A stretch of 64,000 nucleotides of DNA from Cyanophora paradoxa CCMP329 (GCA_004431415.1 QPMI01000645.1:1-64000); one strand, 5' to 3'. Counted from the stretch's first letter, positions 22,639-35,672 are shown. Notes: a model not told the origin generated them from the letters alone. Translations and numbers: made by a program.

Positions 22639-24669
22639 ATGTCCCGACACACGCGGCCCGCCCTGGCCCGCGTCTCCGACTTCTCGGCGATTGCGGCGGT
22701 CGCGGCGTCGCAGGAGATGCCCCAGCACCAGAAGTACGCTCGCCAGATCCAGCCGAAGGAGGAGCCGGTGCTGTTGAAGATCAACGAAGGCAACGTTTAC
22801 ACGTTCGGCTACCCGATGACGCACGCGAACGTCAAGCGGACGCTGGATCAGCTCGACAGCATCGTCAACCGTAAACCTTTCTTCGCGGGCAACCCGACCA
22901 CGCCAGACGAACGCGTCCGCGGCTCACTGATGCTCCGGGAGCTGGCGCAACTGTTTTCTCCAGAGGAGACGGACTTGTACCGCACCCGCCTGACCCAACA
23001 GGCGGACTTTGACAAGTACATCGCGCAAGCGGAGGCGAAACGGGCGGCACAGGAGGCGGTGGTGGAGGCCTTCAAGGCCGACCCCGGGAAGTCTCAGGAG
23101 CAGAAGGACCACGCGCAGGCGCAGCTCAACGCTCTCGAGGCGACGGTCCTCCAGGCGCGGGACATGATCCCGACGACAACTATCCGCTCGTACGAGGACT
23201 TCTGCACGTACGCACGCTCGCGCATCGACGAACGTGACAAACGGAACCTGGCGACGTGGGCGGACACGATGTACTACGGGATCCCGCCGCGGCTCCAGTT
23301 CGACTTGACGGTGGAGGCGCTCCAAGTCTCAGGCGTATCGATGACGCCAACGCTCATCGTACAGAAGCTGGAGACTCAGATTAACCTCCGGGCACGTGAG
23401 CACGACGACACTTGGGAGGTTTACCGGGACGATGCCGACCGCCGGCGTTCCAACTTCGACCTGTTGGTCGACAAGGTGATGCCCCAGCTGCGGGAACTCC
23501 AGCGGACGACCGAGAACGCCTTTCCGAACGACCCGGGCCTCGCGACGACGTCCTTCATCCAGCGGGCTCAAGATTGGTTGGAAAAGCCGGAGATCAGGCG
23601 CAAGTCGAAACAGGTCACCCTACTCGCAGGCGACACCCCGGCGAGCGTGGAGACAGGGGGCCCGGCGCGTGCCGTCCGCATGACACATGCCGAGGAGACG
23701 GAGGACGTCTTCGACAACCGCCGACAGGATCGCGAACTGACCGGCCTTGACACGACGCCGTACAAACGCCCCCGACACGAGACTGCTGGTTCACCGACGG
23801 GCACGCGAGAGTGGATGCCGAGCCCGACGGAGGGGTTGGCGGCACGGTTCGACAACAGCGCTAACATCGACATGCTGCGGGTGACGGAGTCGCTCCGAGC
23901 CCAGGTTCAGGAGCAGCATCAGCAGACGCAGGCTCAGCTTAACCAGCTACAGACCGCGATGGCCTCGCACATGCAGTCAGCGGCGCAGATGGCGCAGGCG
24001 GCGAACATCGCGGCGGTGCAGGCGACGCAGTTGTCGGCAGCGCAGCTGGCTGGCTCAGCCTTCCAGGCGGCGCCGTACAACCCGAACCGTCACGTCCCGC
24101 CGCCACGGCCATCACAGCCCCACGGCTTCTTCCAGCACGCTTCGCACTCGCCGGGTCAGAAGCCGAGCCCCCACGTACCGTGCACACTCGTACTTTCGCC
24201 CGACGGACGCGTCTGCGGCGTCATTCACTCCGTCCGGGCCAACAAGTACAAGCAGCTCATCGCATTCATTGACGTGGCCGACCCGAACCGCACGGAGCCG
24301 GTGACGAAGCAGCTGGGTCGGCCGCTGGTGCCGGAGTGCATGCTGGATTACTGCAGGCGTTGCGAGGCGATCTTCGGCACGGAGAACAGCAAGCACTGGC
24401 ATGACGACGTCGCAGTCTGCGCGATCCTGAGGGCCCTGCGCGCATTGGCGCCCCATCCCAGCCACCCCCAACTCCCCGTCGGCTGGTACCAGGCACTGCT
24501 GGACCGCGGCATCCTCCGGCCTTCACGGAAACCTCAGTTTGCGCCGTTCAACCAGCAGCTCGCCCTCCCGGCACCCCAGCCACAGCTCGCCCTTCCGGCG
24601 CCACCGCCCCAGCTGGCGCTCCCCGCTCCGCCGATGCAGCAACCGCCGCAGGCGACGCAGCAGCAGCGG
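22639..24669 (+). CDS. gag: ORF1 part 1: Gag N-terminal/capsid region (677 aa), interrupted at a codon boundary by insertion 1
   Basis: Long helical ORF just after the PBS, with a Cys/His cluster and QLALPAP x3. Joins in frame (CAG CGG|TGG CAG) to 36230, which leads to a CCHC knuckle. Confidence 0.8.
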
Positions 24670-24985
24670 TCGGGATTTGCGCTCTCAATGCGTAAATCGA
24701 GTTTTGCGCCGACGGAATGCGAACAAAGAAGACCGTAGCCGAGCGCCAGGCACGAAAGAGCTGAGCGACTCGCTAGCCGCGGAAGCGGCGCGAGGCGAGC
24801 ACGGGATTAGCAGCAGGCTGCTGCGAGCGCCCCTCAAGGGACTAGCTGAGCTAGCCGTTGGGCCGAGCCAGCGGGCTTGAAGCCGCCGAGCTCCGGGGGT
24901 ACGCTGATTCGGGGTTTCCCTTCACGCCCAGCTTCGCTCGCGGCCGCCCCAGGCCACGAAGCGACCAGCGGCGAAGCGAAATCGC
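24670..24985 (+). repeat. Split direct repeat A1 (~316 bp)
   Basis: Near-identical to 34710-35026 and to the reverse complements 52149-52465 and 61499-61815. Confidence 0.92.
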
Positions 24986-25614
24986 CACAGCCAGCACTGC
25001 AGTCACTCCTAAGCAGCCCTGTCGGACCGGCGGCCGCACTTCTCGGCCGTCCCTCCAATTGCACAGAGCTGACCAACTCTGCAGCACCACGGCTCGCCAT
25101 AGCTGCAGTGGAGCGCGATCCCGCGGCAGCAACTGCGCATGCCTCGATGGCTGGCCGGCGCAAACCCTGTTCCCAGCGATCCTCCCGGAATCGGCCTCGG
25201 GCCCCGATTCACGCTTGAATCTGGTTCCTTACTGCCGTGCCGGTACGTGGATTCACGTCCGGGCCCGCCCGCCACGCTCGCATTCCGCGCGCGCTGGCTA
25301 TCCCGGGGCCCACCGTCAGTCCGCGGCCGCCGGCTTGCCTATACACTCTATATAAGCGTGTATTGAGACCCGCCGCGCGATTCCTCCGGTTCCTGACCAA
25401 TTCCTGCACGCATGCTCCGGAGCTCCTCGGCGCTCGCACCGGACGTCGACACCGCCGCTGTGCCACGCCGGCGGAGCTCGCGCAGGACTGCCCCGGCCTG
25501 CTGGCGCGCGCGCTGCAGACCCACCGCGAAGTCGGGGCTTGGATCGTGCCTTACGCGTGATCCACCGACGGACGGTGCCCAGCCGCTCGCGCGGCTCGGG
25601 GAGGCGACGGAGTA

Positions 25615-26940
25615 CTAGTACGGCTCTCGCGTGCGCCTCGCGCTGTGGGACGGCCCGCGTGCGCCTCGCGCTGTGGTCCCTGTACTCGGAGTTCGGAGGC
25701 CGCGCGCGACTCTCGCTGTGGCCCGATCCCCCCGGCGGATTCCGGCCGCGACCGCGGCCGGCGAACTTCCACCAGGAGCACGGATCTCGCGAGCGCCTCG
25801 CTGTGAGATGGGCCCGCGTGCGTTCGTCGCTGTGGGCCCCCGTGCAAGGAGTTCCGGGGCCGCGTGCGCCCCGCTGTGGCCCCAGACCGCTTCAGCGGCA
25901 CCGGCCGCTCCCGCGGCCGGCGAACTCCCAACCTGGCCTTCGAATTCGACTCCCGCGTGCGCCTCGCGCTGCGGGACGGCCCGCGTGCGCCTCGCGCTGT
26001 GGGCCCCCTACTCGGAGTTCGGAGGCCGCGCGCGACTCTCGCTGCGGCCCGCTCCGCCCCCGGCGGACCCGGCCGCGCCCGCGGCCGGCGAACTTCGACC
26101 AGGAGCACGGGTCTCGCGAGCGCCTCGCTGTGAGATGGGCCCGCGAGCGTTCGTCGCCGTGGGCCCCCGTGCGCGGAGCTCCGGGCCGGGGCCGCGTGCG
26201 TCTCGCTGTGGCCCCAGAGCTTCACCCCGGAGTACGGCTCTCGCGTGCGCCTCGATCGCTGCGGGACAGCCCGCGAGCGTGCGCGCTGTGGGCCCTGTAC
26301 ATATATATATATATACTCGGAGTTCGGAGGCCGCGCGCGACTCTCGCTGTGGCCCGATCCGCCCCGGCGGATCCCGGCCGCACCCGCGGCCGGCGAGCTT
26401 CCACCAGGAGCACGGATCTCGCGAGCGCCTCGCTGTGAGATGGGCCCGCGAGCGTTCGTCGCTGTGGACCCCCGTGCGCGGAGCTCCGGGGCCGCGTGCG
26501 TCTCGCTGTGGCCCCAGATCTAGAGCTTCACCCCGGAGTACGGCTCTCGCGTGCGCCTCGCCCGCTGCGAGACGGCCCGCGAGCGTGCGCGCTGTGGGCC
26601 CTGTACTCGGGTTCGGAGGCCGCGCGCGACTCTCGCTAGCGCTGTGGCCCGATCCGCCCCGGCGGATTCCGGCCGCACCCGCGGCCGGCGAACTTCCACC
26701 AGGAGCACGGATCTCGCGAGCGCCTCGCTGTGAGATGGGCCCGCGAGCGTTCGTCGCTGTGGACCCCCGTGCGCGGAGTTCCGGGGCCGCGTGCGTCGCG
26801 CTGTGGCCCCAGAGCTTCACGCCGGAGTACGGACCTCGCGTGCGCCCCGCTGCGAGACGGCCCGCGAGCGTGCGCGCTGCGGGCCCCGGACTCGGAGTGC
26901 GTTACGCTGCGGACTATAGCTACGGCTCTCGCTGGCACGC
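25615..26940 (+). repeat. About 4 tandem ~300-bp repeats built from CTCGCGCTGTGG-like subrepeats
   Basis: CCAGGAGCACGG(A/G)TCTCGCGAGCGCCTCGCTGTGAGATGGGCCCGCG recurs at ~25772, 26099, 26404, 26699. Confidence 0.85.
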
Positions 26941-27529
26941 GCGCTGCGAGTATTAGTCGGCCCTCTGGCGCGTCTCGAGCTCGCTGCGGACTAGCCGCTA
27001 GCGCTAGCGCTGCTGGCGCGACCGCTACAGCCTCGCGATCGATCGCGATCGCAGAGTGTTTTGTTTGTTTTTGGTCAATTCTAGTCGATTCAAGGATTGA
27101 CTCGACCTTAAAACAAAAACAAAAACAAAAAACAAAAACAACGGACGTACCCGTTGTACCGGCCGGACTCCGGACTCCGGAGCCGCCGGACCCGCGGTCC
27201 CGCGCCGCGCGGTCTCACTGCCGCAGTGCCAGGCCGCTGACTCAGTGAGGCGGGCACTTCCGGGGGATCCGCTGCCGCAGTGCCGCCGCTGCGGCGCCGC
27301 ACGGCATGCGCAGTCTGCAGTGGCAGTACAGCCGCAGTGCCGCAGTGCGAGCTCGAGTCGGCCGGCGCCCGCAGCTGCAGCTGCCAGGCTGGCGCTTCCG
27401 CTACCGCAGTGCTGCCGCTGCCCCAGTGGCGCGTTACGCTGCGGACTACGGTCCCCGCTTGCGCTCTAGATTTCGCTGCGAGTCGGCCTGCTGGCGACCT
27501 TCCGCGCATCCGCGCCGCACCCTTGCGCA

Positions 27530-30500
27530 ACCCGGGCCCCCGCACCGCAGCTCGGCTCGCCGCCGCCGCCGGACCTGCCTGCGCAGGGCGGGCCGGCCGC
27601 TGGCCCGCCTGCGGCACTCCCCGGCTGGAGCCCAGGGCTCCACCTCCGTCCCGAGGTCCGAAAACGACCTCGCGCGGCCCCGCACCGCCGCGCCACCCGC
27701 CGCCGCCGCCTGACCTGCTTGCGCAGGGCGGGCCGGCCGCTGGCTCGCACGCAGCGCTCCCCGGCTGGAGCCCAGGGCTCCGCCTCCGCCCCGAGGTCCG
27801 TCACGACCTTGCGCGGCCCCCGCGCCGCCGCTCGACCCGCCGCCGCCGCCTGACCTGCTTACGCAGGGCGGGCCGGCCGCTGGCTCGCCTGCCGCGCTCT
27901 CCGGCTGGAGCCTTGGTCTCCACCTCCGCCCCGAGGTCCGTCACGGCCTCGCGCGGCCCCGTGCCGCCGCTCGACCCGCCACCGTGGCACCGCCGCCTGA
28001 CCTGCTTGCACAGGGCGGGCCGACCGCTGGCTCGCACGCAGCGCTCCCCGGCTGGAGCCCAGGGCTCCGCCTCCGCCCCGAGGTCCGTCACGACCTTGCG
28101 CGGCCCCCGCACCGCCGCGCCACCCGCCGCCGCCGCCTGACCTGCTTGCGCAGGGCGGGCCGACCGCTGGCTCGCCTGCGGCGCTCTCCGGCTGGAGCCC
28201 AGGGCTCCGCCTCCGCCCCGAGGTCCGTCACGGCCTCGCGCGGCCCCCGCACCGCCGCTCGACCCGCCGCCGCAGCCTGATCTGCTTGCGCAGGGCGGGC
28301 CGGCCGCTGGCTCGCCTGCCGCGCTCTCCGGCTGGAGCCCTTGGGCTCAACCTCCGCCCCGAGGCCCGTCACGGCCTCGCGCGGCCCCCGCACCGCCGCT
28401 CAACCCGCCACCGTGGCACCGCCGCCTGTCCTGCTTGCGCAGGGCGGGCCGACCGCTGGCTCGCCTGCGGCGCTCCCCGGCTGGAGCCCCGGGCCCCGCC
28501 CCGCCCCGAGGTCCGAAAACGACCTTGCGCGGCCCCACGCCCGCGCTCGACCGCCGCCGCCGCATAACCTGCTTGCGTAGGGCGGGCCGGCCGCTGGCTC
28601 GCCTACCGCGCTCTCCGGCGGGAGCCCAGGGCTCCACCTCCGCCCCGAGGTCCGTCACGGCCTCGCACGGCCCCGCGCCGCCGCTCGACCCGCCGCCGCC
28701 GCCTGACCTGCTTGCGCAGGGCGGGCCGGCCGCTGGCCCGCCTGCGGCGCTCTCCGGCTGGAGCCTTGGGCTTCACCTCCGCCCCGAGGTCCGTCACGGC
28801 CTCGCGCGGCCCCGCACCGCCGCTCGACTCGCCGCCGCCGCCGGACCTGCTTACGCAGGGCGGGCCGGCCGCTGGCTCGCATGCGGCGCTCTCGGGCTGG
28901 AGCCCTTGGGGCCCCACCTCCGCCCCGAGGTCCGTCACAGCCTCGCGCGGCCCCGCGCCGCCGCGCGACCTGCCGCCGCCGCCTGACCTGCTTGCGCAGG
29001 GCGGGCCGACCGCTGGCTCGCCTGCGACATTCGCCGGTTGGAGCCCTTGGGCCCCACCTCCACCCCGAGGTCTGAAGCGGCCTCGCGCGACCCCCGCGCC
29101 GCCGCTCGACACACCGCTGCCGCCTGACCTGCTTGCGCAGGGCAGGCCGGCCGCTGGCTCGCCTGCCGCGCTCTCCGGCTGGAGCCCAGGGCTCCACCTC
29201 CGCCCCGAGGTCCGTCACGGCCTCGCGCGGCCCCGCGCTGCCGCTCGACCCGCCGCCGCCGCATAACCTGCTTGCGCAGGGCGGGCCGACCGCTGGCTCG
29301 CATGCAGCCCTCCCCGGCCGGAGCCTTGGTCTCCACCGCCGCCCCGAGGTCCGTCACGGCCTAGCGCGGCCCCGCGCCGCCGCTCGACCCTCCGCCGCCG
29401 CATAACCTGCTTGCGCAGGGCGGGCCGACCGCTGGCTCGCCTGCGGCGCTCCCCGGCTGGAGCCCAGGGCTCCGCCTCCGCCCCGAGGTACGTCACGGCT
29501 TCGCGAGGCCCCGCGCTGCCGCTCGACACGCCGCCGCCGCCTGACCTGCTTGCGCAGGGCGGGCCGGCCGCTGGCTCGCACGCAGCACTCTCCGGCTGGA
29601 GCCCAGGGCTCCACCTCCGCCCCGAGGTCCGTCACGGCCTCGCGCGGCCCCGCGCTGCTGCTCGACCCGCCGCCACCGCATAACCTGCTTGCGCAGGGCG
29701 GGCCGACCGCCGTCTCGCCTGCGGTACTCTCCGGCTGGGGCCCAGGGCCCCGCCCCCGCCCCGAGGTCCGTCACGGCCTTGCGCGGCCCCCGTGCCGCCG
29801 CTCGACCCGCCGCCGCCGCCTGACCTGCTTGCGCAGGGCGGGCCGGCCGCTGGCTCGCACGCCGCGCTCTTCAGCTGGAGCCCAGGGCTCCACCGCTACC
29901 CCGAGGTCCGTCACGGCCTAGCGCGGCCCCGCGCTGCAGCTCGGCGTACCGCCACTGCCTGACCTGCCTGCACAGGGCGGGCCGGCCGCTGGCTCGCCTG
30001 CCGCGCTCTCCGGTTGGGGCCCAGAGCTCCACTTCCGCCCCGAGGTCCATCACGGCCTCGCGCAGCCCCGCGCTGCCGCTCGACCCGCCGCCGCCGCATC
30101 ACCTGCTGGCGCAGGGCGGGCTGGCCGCTGGCTCGCACGCAGCGCTCCCCGGCTGAGCCCAGGGCTCCACCTCCGCCCCGAGGTCCGTCTCGGCCCCGCG
30201 CGGCTTCGGGCTGCCGCTCGACCCACCGCCGCCGCATAACCTGCTGGCGCGGGGCTGGCCGGCCGCTGGCTCGCATGCAGCGCTCCCCGGCTGGAACCCA
30301 AGGCCCCACCTCCGCCCCGAGGTCCGTCACGGCCTCGCGCAGCCCCGCGCGGCCGCTCGACCCGCCGCCGCCGCGTAACCTGCTTGCGCAGGGCGGGCCG
30401 GCCGCTGGCTCGCACACAGCGCTCCCCGGCTGGAGCCCAGGGCTCCACCTCCGCCCCGAGGTCCATCACGGCCTCGTGCTGCCCCGCACTGCCGCTCGAC

Positions 30501-33500
30501 CAGCCGCCGCCGCAAAACCTGCTTGCGCAGGGCGGGCCGTCCGCTGGCTCGCATACAGCGCTCCCCGGCTGGAGCCCAGGGCCCCACTTCCGCCCCGAGG
30601 TCCGTCACGGCCTCGCGCGGCCCCGCGCTGCTGCTCGACATGCCACTGCCGCCTGACCTGCTTGCGCAGGGCGGGCCGGCCGCTGGCTCGCACGCAGCGC
30701 CCCCCGGCTGGAGCCCGGGGCTCTACCTCCGTCCCGAGGTCCGTCACGGCCTCGCGCGGCCCCGCGCTGCTACTCGACCCGCCGCCGCCACATAACCTGC
30801 CTGCGCAGGGCCGGCCGCTGGTGCGCATGCAGCGCTCCCGGCTGGAGCCCAGGGCTCCACCACCGCCCGAGGTCCGCCACGGCCTCGCGCTCCCCTGTGC
30901 TGCCGCTCGACACGCCGCCGCCGCATAACCTGCCCGCGCAGGGCGGGCCGGCCGCTGGCTCGTCCGCAGCGCCCCCCGGCTGGAGCTCAAGGCGCCACCG
31001 CCGCCCCGAGGTCCGTCACGGCCTCGCCCGACCCCGCGCTGCCGCTCGACCCGCCGCCGCCGCATACCCTGCTTGCGCAGGGCGGGCCGGCCGCTGGCTC
31101 GTATGCAGCGCTTCCCGGCTGGAGCCCAGGGCTCCACCTCCGCCCCGAGGTCCATCACGGCCTCGCGCAGCCCCGCGCTGCTGCTCGACCCGCCGCCGCC
31201 GCATAACCCGCTTGCGCAGGGCGGGCCGGCCGCTGGCTCGCATGCAGCGCTCCCCAACTGGAGTCCAGGGCTCCACCTCCGCCCAGAGGTCCGTCACGGC
31301 CTCGCGCGGCCCCGCGCTGCCGCTCGACCGCCGCCGCCGCATAACCTGCTTGCGCAGGGCGGGCCGGCCGCTGGCTCGCATGCAGCCCTCCCCGGCCGGA
31401 GCCTTGGTCTCCACCGCCGCCCCGAGGTCCGTCACGGCCTAGCGCGGCCCCGCGCTGCAGCTCGGCGTACCGCCACTGCCTGACCTGCCTGCACAGGGCG
31501 GGCCGGCCGCTGGCTCGCATACAGCGCTCCCCGGCTGGAGCCCAGGGCCCCACCTCCGCCCCGAGGTCCGTCACGGCCTCGCGCGGCCCCGTGCTGCCGC
31601 TCGACCCACCGCCGCCGCCTGGCCTGCTTGCGCAGGGCGGGCCGGCCGCTGGCTCGCCTGCCGCGCTCCCCGGCTGGAGCCCTTGGGCTCCACCTCCGCC
31701 CCGAGGTCCGTTCACGGCCTCATGCGGCCCTGCACCACCACTCGACCGCCGCCGCCGCATAACCTGCTTGCGCAGGACGGGACGGCCGCTGGCTCGCATA
31801 CAGCGCTCCCCGGCTGGAGCCCAGGGCTCCACCTCCGCCCGAGGTCCGAAAACGACCTCGCGCGGCCCCGCACCGCCGCGCCACCCGCCGCCGCCGCCTG
31901 ACCTGCTTGCGCAGGGCGGGCCGACCGCTGGCTCGCCTGCGGCGCTCTCCGGCTGGAGCCCAGGGCCCCGCCCCCGCCCCGAGGTCCGTCACGGCCTTGC
32001 GCGGCCCCGCGCCGCCGCTCGACCCGCCGCCGCCGCCTGACCTGCTTGCGCAGGGCGGGCCGGCCGCTGGCTCGCATGCCGCGCTCTCCAGCTGGAGCCC
32101 AGGGCTCCACCGCTACCCCGAGGTCCGTCACGGCCTCGCGCGGCCCGCGCTGCAGCTCGGCGTACCGCCACTGCCTGACCCGCTGGCGCAGGGCGGGCCG
32201 GCCGCTGGCTCGTCCGCCGCGCTCTCCGGCTGGAGCCCAAGGCTCCACCGCCGCCCGAAGTCCTTGACGGCCTCGCACGGCCCCACTCCACCACCCGGCT
32301 TGCCGCCGCCGCCTGCCCTACGGGTGCAGGGCGGGCCGGCCGCTGGCCGCCCACCGCGCTCCTGCTGGAGCTCAAGGCTCCACCACCTCCCCGAGGTCTG
32401 CAGCGACCTCGCGCGGCCCGGCGCCGCCGCCCAGCTCGCTGCCTCCGCCTGATTGGCTGGCACAGGGCGGGCCGGCCCTAGCCCGCCCGCGGCCGTCGGA
32501 CGCTTCCTGGCTGGAGCTCAAGGCTCCGCCACCGCCCCAAGGGCGGGCCGGCTGGTGGACCGCGCGCAGCGCCTCCTGCGGTAGCTAAAAGCTCCGCCGC
32601 CGCCCGAAGGTCCGTAGCGGCCTTGCGCGGCCCCGCGCGGCCGCTCGACCGCTACCGCCGTCGGACCTACTCGCGAAGGGGCAGGCCGGTCGCTGGCTCG
32701 CCAGCAGCGCTCTCCTGCTGGAGCTCAAGCCTCCACCACCGCCCGAGGTCTGCAGCGACCTCGCACGGCCCGCACTGCCGCTCGGCTCGCCGCCGCCGCC
32801 TCGCCTGCTTGCGCAGGGCGGGCCGGCCTCTGGCTCGCCCGCGTCGCCCCCTGCTGGAGCTCAAGGCTCCTTCGCGGCCCCGCGGTCCGTCACGGCCTCG
32901 CGCGGCCCCGCGCCGCCGCTCGACCCGCCGCCTCCGCCCGACCTGCTGGCGCAGGGCGGGCCGGCCCCTGGCTCGCCCGCAAGGCCCCCTGGCTGAAGCT
33001 CCAGGCCCCGCCACTACACCGAGGGCTACTGCGACCTCGCGTGGCCCCGCGCCGCCGCTCGGCTCGCCGCCGCCGCCTGACCTGCTTGCGCAGGGCGGGC
33101 CCGGCCAGCCGCTGGCTCGCCCGCAGCGCCTCATACTGGAACTCAAAGCTCCGCCGCCGCCCAAGGTCCGTGGCGACCTCGCGCGGCCCCATGCCACAGC
33201 TCGGCTCGCCACCACCGCCTGACCTGCGTACGCAAGGCGGGCCGGCCTCTAGCTCGCCCGCGACGCTTCCTGGCTGGAGCTCAAGGCTCCACCCCGCCCC
33301 GAGGTCTGCAGCGACCTCGCGCGGCCCCGCGCCGCCGCTCGACCCGCCGCCGCCGCATAACCTGCTTGCGCAGGGCGGGCCGGCCTCTGGCTCGCCAGCC
33401 GCGCTCTCCTGCTGGAGCTCATGGCCCCATCACCGCCCCGGGGTCCGTCACGGCCTCGCGCGGCCCCGCGCTGCCGCCGCTTCGCCTGCTGGCGCAGGGT

Positions 33501-33730
33501 GGGCTGACCGCTGGCTCGCCCACGGTGCTGTCCCACGGGCGCTCCAGGCCCTGAGGCCCCGCGACTGCTCCCGCGGCCTTCTGCGGCCCCCACACCTCCA
33601 CGCGGCGCGCTTCCGCCGCCTAACCTGCTTGCACAGGGCAGGACGGTGGTGGGCTCACTTTCGGTGCTCACCGGCTGGGATGGTTTTAGATTCCGCCGCG
33701 GCCCGAGGTCCGTAACGGCCTCGCGCGACT
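27530..33730 (+). repeat. 139-bp GC-rich tandem satellite, roughly 44 diverged units
   Basis: Unit CCTGCTTGCGCAGGGCGGGCCGGCCGCTGGCTCGC...GGCTGGAGCCCAGGGCTCCACCTCCGCCCCGAGGTCCGTCACGGCCTCGCGCGGCCCC; repeat-derived ORF starts recur at multiples of 139 bp (29133, 29411, 29550). Confidence 0.93.
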
Positions 33731-34155
33731 TCACGCCGACGCGCAGTGCGACCGCCTTGCCCGCCCTCCACCCGTAGCGCGCCCCTGGCCCGCACCGCCC
33801 AGCATGACTTGTCGGCGGCGGGGATCTGGCGGCGCAACTATCAAGCGCCGCCCCGGTTCGTCGACTGTCCCATAGGGTACGACGAGAACCCCCCAGCCTT
33901 CTGTGCCGGCTCGTTCCCTCGGGCTTCTTGGCCCGCCCCGGCCCCATGTTGTTGTCCGAATTCACGCTCTCTGCCCGTCCCTCCTACAGCGCAGTGCGCT
34001 GGGGGATAGGGGCTCAGCGTCCGAGACACGTTGGGGTAGCGGGGGAGGAGGAAAGAGAGGGGGGGGGGCAGGAGGAGGGTGGATCAACCCTCACCCTCTT
34101 GATCACTTTTGTCCTTATGTATGCTATTCTGGCTGGCTGTGACCTGACTCTTGTT

Positions 34156-34709
34156 TGGTAGGGGGTACTGCATTCGTGCTGCGTTCGCTACGCTCACCCC
34201 CGCGGCCTCCGGCGGCGGTACCCGGCTTCGGATCCCGAACCCGGAAGAAACCGCGTACCCCTCCCCGGGGTACGCCGTTCGCCCCAACCGGCCCCACAAG
34301 GCGCGGCCCGAGCCGAACGCGTACCCCGGAGAGGGGTACGGCGTCAGAGCGGCCCCGATCAAGTGTACCCCGAGCGGGGTACCCCGATCGGCCCCGCGAC
34401 GGCCCGAGCGGAGTACCCCGAGCGGGGTACACCGTCTCGACCCGCAACGGCCCTCCCCGGGGTACAGGCGCCTAGCACGCTTACCCCGGAGAGTTCTTGT
34501 TCCGGAACTCGCAAGGGCGAGGCCGGAATGGCATACGGCGATCCGCCCTGGTCGATCGCCAACGTATTATGATACGTGGTTCCCGGGAAAGCAGCCTTGA
34601 GCTGCCGTACCTCAGGGCCCAACCCGATGCGCTATCCCGTGCATCTAGCTAAGTAGTGTCAGGCGTAAGATAGCTAGGTCTTCTGCATTCGAATGAAGCG
34701 AGGCGTAAA
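34156..34709 (+). repeat. Split direct repeat B1 (~555 bp)
   Basis: Near-identical to 35673-36229 and to the reverse complements 50945-51502 and 52466-53023. Confidence 0.92.
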
Positions 34710-35026
34710 TCGGGATTTGCGCTCTCAATGCGTAAATCGAGTTTTGCGCCGACGGAATGCGAACAAAGAAGACCGTAGCCGAGCGCCAGGCACGAAAGAG
34801 CTGAGCGACTCGCTAGCCGCGGAAGCGGCGCGAGGCGAGCACGGGATTAGCAGCAGGCTGCTGCGAGCGCCCCTCAAGGGACTAGCTGAGCTAGCCGTTG
34901 GGCCGAGCCAGCGGGCTTGAAGCCGCCGAGCTCCGGGGGGTACGCTGATTCGGGGTTTCCCTTCACGCCCAGCTTCGCTCGCGGCCGCCCCAGGCCACGA
35001 AGCGACCAGCGGCGAAGCGAAATCGC
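34710..35026 (+). repeat. Split direct repeat A2, abutting B1 (internal copy of the end-to-start junction)
   Basis: ...GAGGCGTAAA|TCGGGATTTGC... is the element 3' terminus fused directly to its 5' terminus. Confidence 0.92.
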
Positions 35027-35672
35027 TCCCGCCACCTCCCGCGATTTTTCCTTCCGGGGCGCCGAACCTCGCCACCCAGCGAGCCCCGGCGCCGCGAAAA
35101 GTTCGCGCAAAAAGGCAATGCATACGGCGACCAGCGCCAGCGTTCGCCGAGGGTATTATAATACGTGGTTCCTTGCCGTCTCCTGTGCACACGGTTCCGG
35201 ATGTTACTCCCGCTCGGTGCCGGCCACCAGCGCGGACGTGGTCGTGCACAGCTGATCCGTGGTAATTTACAATGGTTCCGTCGAAGATTCGGGCACGAAC
35301 CGCGCAGACTCGGTGTACCGGTCGTCATTCGTGTTTCCACGCGCGTCCGCTGGGCCCACTTGTGCCGGGCCGGGGTCCAGCGCGCCCCCAAGAAACAGTC
35401 GCGCGGCTTCGTGGAGAATCTCGAGTTTTCCCCGCTGGGTTTTACCCTGTTTTCCTCTGGACCCGTGGGTGCCGAGCCGGGGTCCAGCGCGCATGACCGT
35501 TACGCGGTTTTCCCGCGGTAACTTGCTGGTTTTCGAGTCTGCCGCCCCGGCGCGGGGGGAGACTTCGCGCATGATTCGGAGTCCTGTTGGTTTTTGATGA
35601 GCCTCGGTTGTCGTACGTTGTACGACTCCTTGGTCTCATGGTCGTCTGCGGACGACGGGCACGCTACGCGTG

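Noticed and set aside
27530-33730. CRISPR-like array
   Set aside because: Units are full-length diverged tandem copies with no unique spacers, there are no cas genes, and the context is eukaryotic.
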